Source of the DNA: Burkholderiaceae bacterium
GTDB taxonomy: Bacteria > Pseudomonadota > Gammaproteobacteria > Burkholderiales > Burkholderiaceae
Assembly (NCBI GenBank): GCA_049291875.1
Contig: JBATQE010000037.1
Span: 7,384-71,383 of the forward strand
Length of the DNA: 64,000 bases
Direction of reading: 5' to 3'
Made by a program: the position numbers and the translations under genes. Under the pieces are notes generated by a model that saw only the letters and a program-made list of their open reading frames with translations, did no database searches and was not told the origin of the DNA. Of the stretch, positions 10,897 to 20,551 are shown piece after piece. Positions within the stretch are counted from its first letter, which is position 1; every line of letters begins with the position of its first letter.

Positions 10897-11068
10897 CTCC
10901 TAAGATATAGAAAAAACACACGATTTGAACTTAAAAAGTGAAAACATGTGTCTTCAGTTTTTATCATTACCTCATCGAAAAACCACTTCGCTGTGTAACG
11001 CTTGCATTCTAAGCAGTCAGTCTGACTAGTTTCTTACAATTTTTCTACATATTAGGAGTTGTTCTATT

Positions 11069-11581
11069 CTATGGGCACAGCGATGAAATTAATTGAGGCG
11101 TGAGTTCGGACTGTGTCCAATGTAGGCGCTGTATATCCGTGCGCTCGGATATCGGCTCTGTGAGCAGCGCGTGGCTTTGCTGCGTGCAGTCAACAATGAC
11201 CGGCAAATGGTGCGCGCTCATGTGTCGTTGGAAAAAATACAGTTGAGCCAGCCGCCATTGCGGGTTTTGTGATGGAGTTTGTACGCTGTTTTGATCCAGC
11301 GCGATAAATTGGGTGGTCTGCGGGTAGATTTGCGCCCACGGTTTGTAGAATGGTTTTTTTTCTACCGCTATTATGACGACGGTGCCTGTGGGTAGTTGAG
11401 ATTTTGTGTGCGGATACCACGAATATTCGTTATATACCTGAAAAAACAGCATGCCCAGACCCGCGCCGGCAGGAATGAGCCATTTGGGTAACTTTTTGAA
11501 TACGGCTCTAAATGCCATGACCAAGCCTGCTGCGCCTAAACCGGCGAAAATAGTTGCCAATAGTTCCCAGATCATATGCAT
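11069..11581 (-). CDS. Hypothetical membrane-anchored protein (170 aa; two N-terminal TM helices plus soluble domain)
   Basis: ORF with hydrophobic N-terminus ('LLATIFAGLGAAGLVMAF', 'LIPAGAGLGMLFF'). No family recognised. Lies between the two symporter modules and contains an A8 run (nt 11354-11361). Confidence 0.45.
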   Translation of the reverse strand: MHMIWELLATIFAGLGAAGLVMAFRAVFKKLPKWLIPAGAGLGMLFFQVYNEYSWYPHTKSQLPTGTVVIIAVEKKPFYKPWAQIYPQTTQFIALDQNSVQTPSQNPQWRLAQLYFFQRHMSAHHLPVIVDCTQQSHALLTEPISERTDIQRLHWTQSELTPQLISSLCP

Positions 11582-11616
11582 TTCCCTATTGAATGTGAAT
11601 GGTTCTTAAGAATATG

Positions 11617-11644
11617 CGGAAAAAGTAGGGTTTTACTTTTTCCG
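11617..11644. repeat. 28-nt perfect hairpin repeat, copy 1 (CGGAAAAAGTA-GGGTTT-TACTTTTTCCG)
   Basis: 11-bp perfect inverted repeat with a 6-nt loop. Identical to nt 22092-22119. Lies 35 nt upstream of the start of the 170-aa ORF (minus strand). Confidence 0.9.
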
Positions 11645-11659
11645 TTTCTCCTTAACTGA

Positions 11660-11695
11660 GTGAAATAAATTGGGCTTCCTTGGTGGAAGCCCAAT
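11660..11695 (-). terminator. Rho-independent terminator downstream of the DUF4212-associated SSS symporter
   Basis: 'ATTGGGCTTCC-TTGGT-GGAAGCCCAAT': 11-bp stem followed on the minus strand by 'TTTATTT'. Sits about 30 nt past the stop at 11724. Confidence 0.6.
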
Positions 11696-11723
11696 AGGAC
11701 ACACTCATGGCGTGTCAATGAGT

Positions 11724-13499
11724 TTAGTGTCCGGTGGCTGTTCCGGCACCACGAGGGTAACGAACACTTTCAACCAAATCTTGAACCTCTTTTGGTGGTG
11801 CTTTGCCCATGCTCGATACGGCGAATGCCACGACAAAGTTGATGATTGCACCGACGGCACCAAATGACAAAGGCGAGATGCCGAATAGCCAATTGTCCGG
11901 TGTGTTGGCAAAGGAATTGGTGTCTTTGATAAAGAACCAGCCCAAGTACAGGAAAATATATACCAAGGTAGACAGCAATCCAGCCAACATGCCCGCAATT
12001 GCGCCTGCACTATTGACCCGTTTTGAGAAAATCCCCATCATCAATGCTGGGAAAATCGATGCGGCCGCAATGCCAAAGGCCAATGCGACAACCTGCGCGG
12101 CAAAGCCCGGCGGGTTGATCCCTAAGTAGGTCGCGATTACGATGGCGACCACCATAGAAATACGCGCAGCCAGCAATTCACCTTTTTCACTGATGTTCGG
12201 TTTCAAGGTGTTTTTGATCAGATCATGAGATACCGCAGAGGAAATGGCGAGTAACAATCCGGCAGCCGTAGAGAGTGCCGCAGCCAAACCGCCGGCGGCA
12301 ATCAGACCGATTACCCAGCTTGGCAGATTGGCAATTTCAGGATTGGCCAATACCAAGATGTCGTTATTAACGGTCAACTCATTGCCTTTCCAACCTTTTT
12401 CCTCGGCCTGAGCCACGAACGCCGCATTTTTGGATTTATCATCATAGTATTGAATACGACCATCGCCATTGACATCCTTGAACTGAATCAAACCGGTGGT
12501 TTCCCAAGTTTTCATCCATTCAGGACGCTCGGCGTACTGAATCGGCTCAGCGGAAGTGCCTTTCGGATAAATGGTATCGACCAAGTTCAGACGAGCCATG
12601 GAGCCGACCGCAGGAGCCGTGGTATAGAGCAGTGCGATAAACACCAATGCCCAACCGGCCGAAGCACGTGCATCAGAGACTTTCGGTACAGTGAAGAAGC
12701 GAATGATGACGTGGGGCAAGCCTGCAGTACCAATCATCAGCGACAGGGTAAACAGCACCATATTCAGTTTACTTGACACATCAGCGGTATAGCTACTAAA
12801 GCCCAATTCCTGAACGACCGCGTCCAATTTAGCCAACAACGGCATACCGGATGCGGCGTGTTCACTGAATAATCCCAATGGCGGGATAGGATTACCCGTT
12901 AGGTGCAATGAGATAAATACCGCAGGAATCGTATATGCGATGATCAAAACCACATACTGCGCCACCTGAGTATAAGTAATGCCCTTCATCCCGCCCAATA
13001 CCGCGTAGAACAAGACGACGATGGCCGCGATAATCAAACCGGTTGTGCTGGATACCTCCAAAAAGCGCGAAAATGCCACGCCTGCGCCGGTCATTTGACC
13101 AATCACATACGTCGTTGAAGCAATGATCAAACATGCCACGGCAACCAAACGGGCGGTTCGGCTGTAAAAACGATCACCGATAAAATCAGGCACCGTGAAT
13201 TTACCAAACTTACGCAAGTAGGGGGCCAGCAGCATCGCCAACAAGACGTAACCACCCGTCCAACCCATGAGATAGGCTGAAGCGCCGTAGCCGCCCATGG
13301 CCAACAAACCGGCCATAGAAATGAAGGATGCCGCGCTCATCCAGTCTGCGGCGGTTGCCATGCCGTTGAGCACAGGATTCACGCCGCCGCCGGCGACATA
13401 AAACTCTTTGGTCGAACCGGCGCGCGCCCACACAGCGATGCCAAAATAAAGGGCGAAGGAGGCGCCGACGAAGATTAAGTTAATCCAAAATTGACTCAT
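11724..13499 (-). CDS. Sodium:solute symporter (SSS) large subunit, DUF4212-associated subfamily
   Basis: 591 aa and polytopic. SSS motifs 'AADWMSAASFISMAG' and 'GTAGLPHVIIRFFTV'. Sits 3 nt downstream of a DUF4212 small-subunit gene. Confidence 0.85.
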   Translation of the reverse strand: MSQFWINLIFVGASFALYFGIAVWARAGSTKEFYVAGGGVNPVLNGMATAADWMSAASFISMAGLLAMGGYGASAYLMGWTGGYVLLAMLLAPYLRKFGKFTVPDFIGDRFYSRTARLVAVACLIIASTTYVIGQMTGAGVAFSRFLEVSSTTGLIIAAIVVLFYAVLGGMKGITYTQVAQYVVLIIAYTIPAVFISLHLTGNPIPPLGLFSEHAASGMPLLAKLDAVVQELGFSSYTADVSSKLNMVLFTLSLMIGTAGLPHVIIRFFTVPKVSDARASAGWALVFIALLYTTAPAVGSMARLNLVDTIYPKGTSAEPIQYAERPEWMKTWETTGLIQFKDVNGDGRIQYYDDKSKNAAFVAQAEEKGWKGNELTVNNDILVLANPEIANLPSWVIGLIAAGGLAAALSTAAGLLLAISSAVSHDLIKNTLKPNISEKGELLAARISMVVAIVIATYLGINPPGFAAQVVALAFGIAAASIFPALMMGIFSKRVNSAGAIAGMLAGLLSTLVYIFLYLGWFFIKDTNSFANTPDNWLFGISPLSFGAVGAIINFVVAFAVSSMGKAPPKEVQDLVESVRYPRGAGTATGH

Positions 13500-13502
13500 C
13501 TC

Positions 13503-13766
13503 TTACTCCTCGTGAACGCCGAATTCTTTGTCCAACTTATTCATGCGCCATGAATAACCAAAGATTAAGGCAATGAACACCAAAATAGAACCTTGTTGGG
13601 CAAACCAGAACCCTAAATCAGTTCCTCCGAATTGAATGCCTGAGAGCATCGGGCGCAAAATAATTCCGAAACCATACGAAACCACGGCCCAAATAACCAG
13701 ACAGATTAGGATAAGGCGAATATTGGCTTTCCAGTAGCCCGCCGCATCATGTTCATGATTGGACAT
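13503..13766 (-). CDS. DUF4212 putative solute:sodium symporter small subunit
   Basis: 87 aa with two TM helices, 'YWKANIRLI...' and 'GFWFAQQGSILVF', typical of this family. Immediately upstream of the SSS gene. Confidence 0.8.
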   Translation of the reverse strand: MSNHEHDAAGYWKANIRLILICLVIWAVVSYGFGIILRPMLSGIQFGGTDLGFWFAQQGSILVFIALIFGYSWRMNKLDKEFGVHEE

Positions 13767-13941
13767 AAGTCTCCTCCTTTATAAAAATTATATTGATATT
13801 GAATTCAATTAAAATCGAAGACAATTCGTAGTATTGATAATAATGCAGATGAAAAGCAATCTCATTATTAACCAATATACGGGAGAGTACGCAATAGAAC
13901 TTACAGTCTACTTACATGATTTATATGAATTTTTTGCCAAA

Positions 13942-14553
13942 TTATCGTCTGTTTCGCGCATTGAGTGCCAGATACATTAAGGCCACATTGATCGAGTCAT
14001 TCAATGCGTCATGACGAGGCAGGTCGGGGAAATTGAGCCTTTTAATGATAGAGGCCATGCGCAGATCGACATAACCATCCTGAACCCGCTTGATTTCCTG
14101 ATCGTAGTACAGCGCGGAGACCTCGATTTGCTTTTGCGGCAGGGTGATGCCCATGAGTGGTTTGAGGAACTTATTGACCATCGCAACGTCGTATTCCAAA
14201 TAGTAGCCGACCAGCGGGCGCCCGCCGATGAAATCGAGTAATTGCAAAATGGCTTCTTGTACCGGAATGCCGTTTGATACGTCTTTGGGACGCAGGCCAT
14301 GAATGGTGACGTTGGCTGCCTGCATCACGCCTTCGGGCTTGACGATCACGTAAAATGAATCGCTGGTCAAAACTTTGTTGCCACGGATTTTGACTGCGCC
14401 GATGGAGATGATTTCGGCTTCCTTGACATTCAGACTGGTGGTTTCGCAGTCAAAGCTGACCAATTCATCGGGATGTTCGTCAAACAGATGGGCGTATTTG
14501 GGGTCGGAGAGTTTGCGTTGGCTCCAAGAGCGACGAATGGATTCAAACATCAT
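13942..14553 (-). CDS. DEDDh 3'-5' exonuclease (DNA polymerase III epsilon-like domain)
   Basis: Exo I 'FDCETTSL', Exo II-like 'LVGYYLEYDVAM' and Exo III 'HDALNDS'. Start overlaps the DUF294 gene stop by 4 nt. Confidence 0.8.
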   Translation of the reverse strand: MMFESIRRSWSQRKLSDPKYAHLFDEHPDELVSFDCETTSLNVKEAEIISIGAVKIRGNKVLTSDSFYVIVKPEGVMQAANVTIHGLRPKDVSNGIPVQEAILQLLDFIGGRPLVGYYLEYDVAMVNKFLKPLMGITLPQKQIEVSALYYDQEIKRVQDGYVDLRMASIIKRLNFPDLPRHDALNDSINVALMYLALNARNRR

Positions 14554-16361
14554 ACGTTCCCCAGATGAAAGTGTTGGCGAATTTTGGTTTTGAAGCGTTT
14601 GACCACTTGCAACGCGTCTTTGAGCAGGTCACGCTCCAGCGTGCTCATATTGTTGGTGTCCAGTTCGTTCAGATCTTTGTCGCTCGCGCCGAGGCTGAGC
14701 GCTTCCAAGCCGGATTTGAGGCGAATGTCCATCATATAGGTTAGGGCTTCGCCCACGTCTTTGGCCAGCGCTTCGTCCAAAATACCTTTATTGGACAATT
14801 GGTGCAAACGTTCAAAGGTATTGGTTTCCTCCAAATGTGCTTCGAGGCTCAATGCGCGCGCGCCATGCACCACGGGGAAAATCCCCATTTTTTTGATGTC
14901 CATCTGGGTTGATGTGTCGCGGTTGAGCAGTTGCGAGAAAAAGCCGCTGCTGTGGTGGTCAAACATTTCCACCGCGCGGGCAAAGCCCATGAGCATACCC
15001 GCGTCGTTGGTCATGGTTTTTTGCAGTTGGGTTTTGACTTCCTCCAGTAGCTGCGCGTCACCTGCGACCGGCTTGGCGTCAATGAAAATAGCCAGATTCA
15101 TCAATGCATCACCCGATGGGTTGGTACACCAGTCGAATACCATTTTCTTGAATTCGCCCATGGGTTTGCGCCATTCGGGGTTGTTGACCATGATTTTGCC
15201 TTTGCACGGCGGATAGCCGAGTTTGGTCAAAGTGGCGGAGAATTCGTCGGCGGCGATGCGTGCGGCTTGCAAATCGGCTCCTGCGCTGAGAATCAATGCG
15301 TTGTCCTGATCGGTTTTCAGGATTTGTTCGCCGCGTCCTTCTGAGCCCATAACGATCAGACAGGAGTTTTCGTACAGTTCGGTCGGAGCGATCAGACGCC
15401 ATGCCTTTTCAAACAGGCTTGTGTTGAGCACCTGCATCAATTGTGCCAATTGCGGCGCGCGCACGCCGCTGCTGTGCAGAATTTGGATCGAGTGCGTCAT
15501 CTGGTCGGCAATATCGACCAAATCATCCACATTATTCGCCTTGTCCAGACGTTGTGCGACCAGGTGCGAGTGGTTGGAGAAATAGGCCAATACGTCAATC
15601 TGCTCCAATGCGCCGATCGGTTTGCCTTTTTCGGTCACGACCACGCGCTGAATTTTGAACTGGGTCATGCGCAGCAGGGCATTGAACACATAGTCGTCAA
15701 TATCGATGGAAATCAGTGCAAACTGCGTCCATTTGTGCAGCTCCTCGCTGGTGGGCGCGCCTGCAATCACGATGTCGCGGAAGGCCGATTCGGTGAACAG
15801 GCCGATTTGCTCGCCATGTTCAATCAAAATGGACTTGGTTTTGTTCTCCTTCATGGCTTGCGCTGCTTGCAAAATCGTGTTGCTGCCTTGCAGCCACGTC
15901 GCATTATGGCGGTAAGCATCGCGCACACGCGCGGTGATCAGGCTTTCCATTTCCTGAGTATTCTTATTGCGTGCCATACTGGAGAGTTTATCGGCCACGC
16001 TGGCGTAAAAATACGCACCGAAGCGAGGGTTTGATTCCATCAGCTCGGTGACGGTTGCTTTGGGAATGGTGTAGACCAAGGCTTGCTCTTGCACGATGAA
16101 GCGGTGTGCGCTGTGTCCTTCCACCAAGGCGCGCGCTTCAAACGTATCCTGCGCGTGGTATAGACCAACCACCTCGTCGCCGATGCTCACCTCGCGTACC
16201 AGACCTTTGATGATCACATACAAAAAATCCACCGGCTGATCGGCCTCGATGATCACATCCTCATCGTTGAAAAACGCGATGTCCACAGCCGATTGCAATT
16301 TGGCACGCTCAGCGCCGTTTAAAAATTCATAGGGTGGGAAGTTAAAATCAAAGCGTTCCAT
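14550..16361 (-). CDS. DUF294 putative nucleotidyltransferase with N-terminal cyclic-nucleotide-binding and tandem CBS domains
   Basis: 603 aa. cNMP-binding-like N-terminus ('DQPVDFLYVIIKGLVRE'), a CBS-pair region, then an NTase core ('GSEGRGEQILKTDQDNALI') and a helical C-terminal domain. Confidence 0.8.
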   Translation of the reverse strand: MERFDFNFPPYEFLNGAERAKLQSAVDIAFFNDEDVIIEADQPVDFLYVIIKGLVREVSIGDEVVGLYHAQDTFEARALVEGHSAHRFIVQEQALVYTIPKATVTELMESNPRFGAYFYASVADKLSSMARNKNTQEMESLITARVRDAYRHNATWLQGSNTILQAAQAMKENKTKSILIEHGEQIGLFTESAFRDIVIAGAPTSEELHKWTQFALISIDIDDYVFNALLRMTQFKIQRVVVTEKGKPIGALEQIDVLAYFSNHSHLVAQRLDKANNVDDLVDIADQMTHSIQILHSSGVRAPQLAQLMQVLNTSLFEKAWRLIAPTELYENSCLIVMGSEGRGEQILKTDQDNALILSAGADLQAARIAADEFSATLTKLGYPPCKGKIMVNNPEWRKPMGEFKKMVFDWCTNPSGDALMNLAIFIDAKPVAGDAQLLEEVKTQLQKTMTNDAGMLMGFARAVEMFDHHSSGFFSQLLNRDTSTQMDIKKMGIFPVVHGARALSLEAHLEETNTFERLHQLSNKGILDEALAKDVGEALTYMMDIRLKSGLEALSLGASDKDLNELDTNNMSTLERDLLKDALQVVKRFKTKIRQHFHLGNV

Positions 16362-16671
16362 AAGGTCTCCGAGGTTGTGTCATGGACGAGTGTTCAAGTG
16401 GCTGTAGCGCAAATTGTCACGGCTGAAGCTCGTTACATATTAAATGATGGCTCACAAATTGGATTATTCTCGCATAATCCCATATAAAATATAAGGGGAT
16501 TGTGGATACTTAAGTGTTTAACTCTATATTTTGGGGATGGTTAAGGAAGCACGGAACAGCCCCTGCCATAACTACGATCCCTATCCTGCGTCGCGTTCTG
16601 AATTTTTTTTGCTCAGAATACAGACTGGCTTGGGTTGCCCGTGCTTTCTTAACGGTATTTCTGTGCGAAAA

Positions 16672-16704
16672 GAACAAAACAGGACTGAAGATTCAGCCCT
16701 TTTC
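16672..16704 (-). terminator. Hairpin terminator downstream of nhaD (bidirectional shape)
   Basis: 'GGACTGAA-GA-TTCAGCCC' (one mismatch) flanked by 'AACAAAACA' and 'TTTT'. Lies about 30 nt past the nhaD stop at 16732. Confidence 0.5.
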
Positions 16705-16731
16705 AAATGATCGGATGTGTTTAAAATTTCC

Positions 16732-18069
16732 TTAATACAAGCCCAAATAAATAAATTGCACATACCACACGATGAGTGACACGATATAACCCGCCAGCAC
16801 CGTCCAGCCCAGTTTCATGTGCGAGCCAAAGGTATACACGCCGTGCATTTTGCCCATCACGCCGACACCGGCGGCGCTGCCAAAACTGATGAGAGAACCG
16901 CCGATACCCGCTGTGAGCGTCACCAGCATCCATTGTGTGATATCAATGTTGGGATTGGCCTTCAATACCGCCGACATCACCGGTACATTATCGACAAAAG
17001 CAGACAGGAAACCGACGCCGATATTGACCCACGTCGGATTGATTTGCTCGTAAAAATGCGCTGCATAGGTCAGAAAACCGACAAAATGCAGGGCGCCGAC
17101 CGCCGCCAGAATGCCGAAAAAGAACAGCAGCGTGTTGTTCTCAATCTTACTCATCATTTGAAAAATATTCACATCCTGTGCGTGGCGACGTTTGAGCACA
17201 TAAAAATATAACTGCAACAGCGCCAATCCAAACAGCATGCCCCACATGGGTGGCAGATGCAGCACCTGCTTGCCCAATACGGCGAATGCCAAAGTCAGCG
17301 CACCAAACAGAATAATCATCTTGCCGCCTTTGAGCACCTGTGTTTTTTCGGCCAACTCAGGATCGCCATCACCGAGCGGATCAATGTCGGGCACGAAGCG
17401 ACTGAGCAAAAATGCGGTAGTCAACCAGCCCAAAAAAGCCGCCGGAAACAGTGCGAGAAAATCAACGAATTCCCCTTTACCCGCCGTCCACACCATCAGC
17501 GTGGTGATGTCGCCGAACGGACTCCATGCGCCGCCGGCATTGGCCGCGACCACCACATTGATGCCGCTGGGCACGAGAAAGGCCTTGTTTTTGCTGTCGA
17601 TGGTCAGCAAAACCGTGGACAAAATCAAAGCCGTGGTCAGATTATCCGCGACTGGTGAGATGAAAAACGCCAGCAGACCGGTAATCCAAAACAACTGCGG
17701 ATAGCTGTAGCCGCGCGCGATCAGTTTGGTTCGCAGGGCGCGAAACACACCGCGCTCGATCAGTGCCTCGATATAGGTCATCGCCACATAGAGGAAAAAG
17801 AAAATCTGCGCGATTTCCAAAATTATTTCGTTGACTGCGTGCTCAAACGGCGTCAAGTCCAAACCGTGCCAGACATAATAAAGACCGATCAGGATGAACA
17901 TAAAGGTACCGATGAATAGGGCGGATTTGGCCTTATCGATGTGGTAGCGGTCTTCCGTGGCGATGAAATAATAGCCTGCGACGAAGATGAATAATAAAAA
18001 CCAGCCAAACGGCTGGTTAACCAAACTAACGGCAGTGTGTGTGGTGTTTTCTACGGTAGAAGCGTTCAT
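16732..18069 (-). CDS. nhaD: Na+/H+ antiporter, NhaD/ArsB-superfamily type
   Basis: 445 aa and polytopic. NhaD-like blocks ('FFISPVADNLTTALI', 'LSAFVDNVPVMSAVL', 'TAGIGGSLISFGSAAG'). Confidence 0.65.
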   Translation of the reverse strand: MNASTVENTTHTAVSLVNQPFGWFLLFIFVAGYYFIATEDRYHIDKAKSALFIGTFMFILIGLYYVWHGLDLTPFEHAVNEIILEIAQIFFFLYVAMTYIEALIERGVFRALRTKLIARGYSYPQLFWITGLLAFFISPVADNLTTALILSTVLLTIDSKNKAFLVPSGINVVVAANAGGAWSPFGDITTLMVWTAGKGEFVDFLALFPAAFLGWLTTAFLLSRFVPDIDPLGDGDPELAEKTQVLKGGKMIILFGALTLAFAVLGKQVLHLPPMWGMLFGLALLQLYFYVLKRRHAQDVNIFQMMSKIENNTLLFFFGILAAVGALHFVGFLTYAAHFYEQINPTWVNIGVGFLSAFVDNVPVMSAVLKANPNIDITQWMLVTLTAGIGGSLISFGSAAGVGVMGKMHGVYTFGSHMKLGWTVLAGYIVSLIVWYVQFIYLGLY

Positions 18070-18139
18070 TATTGTTTTAGGTGTAGCGGATAAAATGTTA
18101 AAGGGATGAATCGACCCATTTCAGCGTAGGATTCGGGGT

Positions 18140-18808
18140 TTACGATTGAGCCATGCGCTGAAATACCGTTTGGGATTGCTGCTGCAAATGATCCAAGCTG
18201 GAAACCTCTAAGCCCAGTGAGTGCAGCAAACCATCGTGCAGGTCGTACACCCAGCCATGAATAGTGACGCTTTGTCCACGCTGCCAAGCATCTTGGATAA
18301 TCGTGGTTTGTGCGGCACTGAACACTTGGTCGATGACATTGAGCTCGCATAAGCGATCCAAGTTGGCTTTTTCATCCGTGGTGCTGAGCAGGGCGTGGTA
18401 CTTGGCCTTGGTATCGTGAATATGGCGCAACCAGTTGTCCACCAGCCCGACGCGGCGGTTATGAAACGCGGCGGCAACCCCGCCACAGCCGTAATGGCCG
18501 CAGATAATGACGTGTTTGACTTTGAGTACGTCCACGGCGTATTGCAATACGGACAGACAATTCAAATCGCTGGGAACGATGATGTTGGCAATATTGCGGT
18601 GGACAAAGACTTCGCCCGGTTGCAAGCCAATCAGCTCGTTTGCCGGTACGCGTGAATCGGCACAGCCGATCCATAGGTACTCGGGGCTTTGCTGCTCGGC
18701 CAATTTGCTGAAAAAGGATGGCTCGTTCTGAGTGGTCTTCTGCGCCCATTGACGATTATTCGTAAATAAATGGGACAGGCTGTTATCAACTTGTAATGGT
18801 TTACTCAT
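18140..18808 (-). CDS. can: Beta-class carbonic anhydrase
   Basis: Zinc-ligand motifs 'CADSRVP' and 'HYGCGGV'. 222 aa, similar to E. coli Can. Confidence 0.9.
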   Translation of the reverse strand: MSKPLQVDNSLSHLFTNNRQWAQKTTQNEPSFFSKLAEQQSPEYLWIGCADSRVPANELIGLQPGEVFVHRNIANIIVPSDLNCLSVLQYAVDVLKVKHVIICGHYGCGGVAAAFHNRRVGLVDNWLRHIHDTKAKYHALLSTTDEKANLDRLCELNVIDQVFSAAQTTIIQDAWQRGQSVTIHGWVYDLHDGLLHSLGLEVSSLDHLQQQSQTVFQRMAQS

Positions 18809-18829
18809 GGTGACCTCTTTGCTGGGTTA

Positions 18830-20326
18830 TTAACGACGTTTGGAGCCGAACAGGCTGCCTAAAATACCGCGTGTGATTTCACGGCCAATATTGGAGCTGG
18901 CGGCACGAATCATGCTTTTTGCGGCGGATTCGAGCAGTGAGTCATTGCGCGAAGAGGATTTTTTCTTCTTGTCGTCATCGCTGCCAAAAATACTGCCGAA
19001 AAAGCCGCCTTCGTCCTCTTTTTGCGCTTCTTCAGCGGCTTTGGCGGTTTCTGTGGCGCGTGCTTGCAGTTTTTCGTAGGCCGATTCGGCGTCAACGGTT
19101 TGCTCGTACACACCGGCGACGACCGATTGGCGGATCAATTGTTTTTGTTCGTCCTCTGAGGCAGGCCCTAAACGTGACGGCGGCGGAATCATGAACACGC
19201 GCTGCGTGATGTTCGGACGGCCTTTTTCATCCAGCGTCGAGACGAGGGCTTCGCCGACGCCCAACTCGGTGATGACGGTTTCGATATTCAACTCAGGATT
19301 TTCGCGCATGGTGGTCGCGGCGACTTTGACCGCTTTTTGATCGCGCGGCGTGAAGGCGCGCAGGGCGTGTTGAACGCGATTGCCCAATTGACCCAAAACG
19401 GTGTCGGGAATGTCGATTGGGTTTTGTGTGACGAAGTACACGCCGACGCCTTTGGAGCGGATCAGGCGCACGACTTGCTCGATTTTCTCCAGCAATACTT
19501 TCGGCGCGTCGTTGAACAATAAATGCGCTTCGTCAAAGAAAAACGCGAATTTGGGCTTGTCCACGTCGCCCACTTCGGGCAGACGCTCGAATAGCTCGGA
19601 CAGCATCCACAGCAAAAAGGCGCCGTACAGTCGCGGCGACTGCATCAATTTGTCCGCCGCCATGATGTTGATTACGCCTTTGCCGGACACGGTTTGCATC
19701 ATGTCGTCGATATTGAGCATCGGCTCGCCGAAGAACTGATCGCCGCCTTGGCTTTCCAAGGTCAGCAAACCGCGCTGAATTGCACCGATGGAGGCGGCGG
19801 AGACGTTGCCATAGTCGGTGGTGAATTGCTTGGCGTTGTCACCGACGAATTGCAGCATGCTGCGCAGGTCTTTCAAATCCAGCAGCAGCAATTGATTGTC
19901 ATCGGCGATTTTAAACACCATGGTCAACACGCCCGCTTGTGTGTCGTTCAAATCCAGCATGCGTGAGAGCAGTAGCGGCCCCATGTCGGAAATGGTCGCG
20001 CGCACCGGATGGCCTTTTTCACCGAATACATCCCACAGCGTGGTCGGTGCGCCTGCCCAGTTCAGCTCAGGCAGCCCCAAGTCCTGTAAACGGCTTTTCA
20101 CTTTGTCATTGTCACCGCCGGCTTGCGAAATCCCGGTCAGATCGCCTTTTACATCCGCCATGAATACCGGCGTGCCGAGGTCGGAGAAGTGCTGCGCCAA
20201 AGCTTGCAAACTTACGGTTTTCCCCGTGCCGGTTGCGCCCGTGATCAGGCCGTGGCGGTTACCCATTTGGGGCAGGAAAAAGACCTCTTGCGTGGATGAT
20301 TTCGCGATAAGGATCGGTTCGGACAT
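18830..20326 (-). CDS. HerA-like P-loop ATPase, DUF853 (YjgR-like)
   Basis: Walker A 'GATGTGKTV' and Walker B-like '[12 protein letters not shown]', with a basic C-terminal tail. Start moved to the ATG at 20326 ('MSEPILIAK'), which has 'AGGAG' 7 nt upstream, rather than the longer ORF start at 20392. Confidence 0.8.
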   Translation of the reverse strand: MSEPILIAKSSTQEVFFLPQMGNRHGLITGATGTGKTVSLQALAQHFSDLGTPVFMADVKGDLTGISQAGGDNDKVKSRLQDLGLPELNWAGAPTTLWDVFGEKGHPVRATISDMGPLLLSRMLDLNDTQAGVLTMVFKIADDNQLLLLDLKDLRSMLQFVGDNAKQFTTDYGNVSAASIGAIQRGLLTLESQGGDQFFGEPMLNIDDMMQTVSGKGVINIMAADKLMQSPRLYGAFLLWMLSELFERLPEVGDVDKPKFAFFFDEAHLLFNDAPKVLLEKIEQVVRLIRSKGVGVYFVTQNPIDIPDTVLGQLGNRVQHALRAFTPRDQKAVKVAATTMRENPELNIETVITELGVGEALVSTLDEKGRPNITQRVFMIPPPSRLGPASEDEQKQLIRQSVVAGVYEQTVDAESAYEKLQARATETAKAAEEAQKEDEGGFFGSIFGSDDDKKKKSSSRNDSLLESAAKSMIRAASSNIGREITRGILGSLFGSKRR

Positions 20327-20551
20327 GCTGTGCTCCTGTGTCTGGAATGTGGTGGGAACCTGAAAGGTCATAACGCGACATATACCGTTCATTGGGTTTT
20401 ACGGCGCGTCTGTGATAAAATTCCACCGATTATAAACCAAGGCAGGGCTTCGCGGAACACGAAACCGCAAGCAAGCGTATGGCATCCATGCCATCCATTG
20501 CGCTTTTGCTTTAACTGATTGAAATTAAAAGAAAACTTAAAAAGGACTATC

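Noticed and set aside
16514-16735. 73-aa ORF in the nhaD / DUF294 intergenic region
   Set aside because: It has no RBS, its codon composition is unlike its neighbours, it runs through the nhaD terminator hairpin, and it has no recognisable motif.
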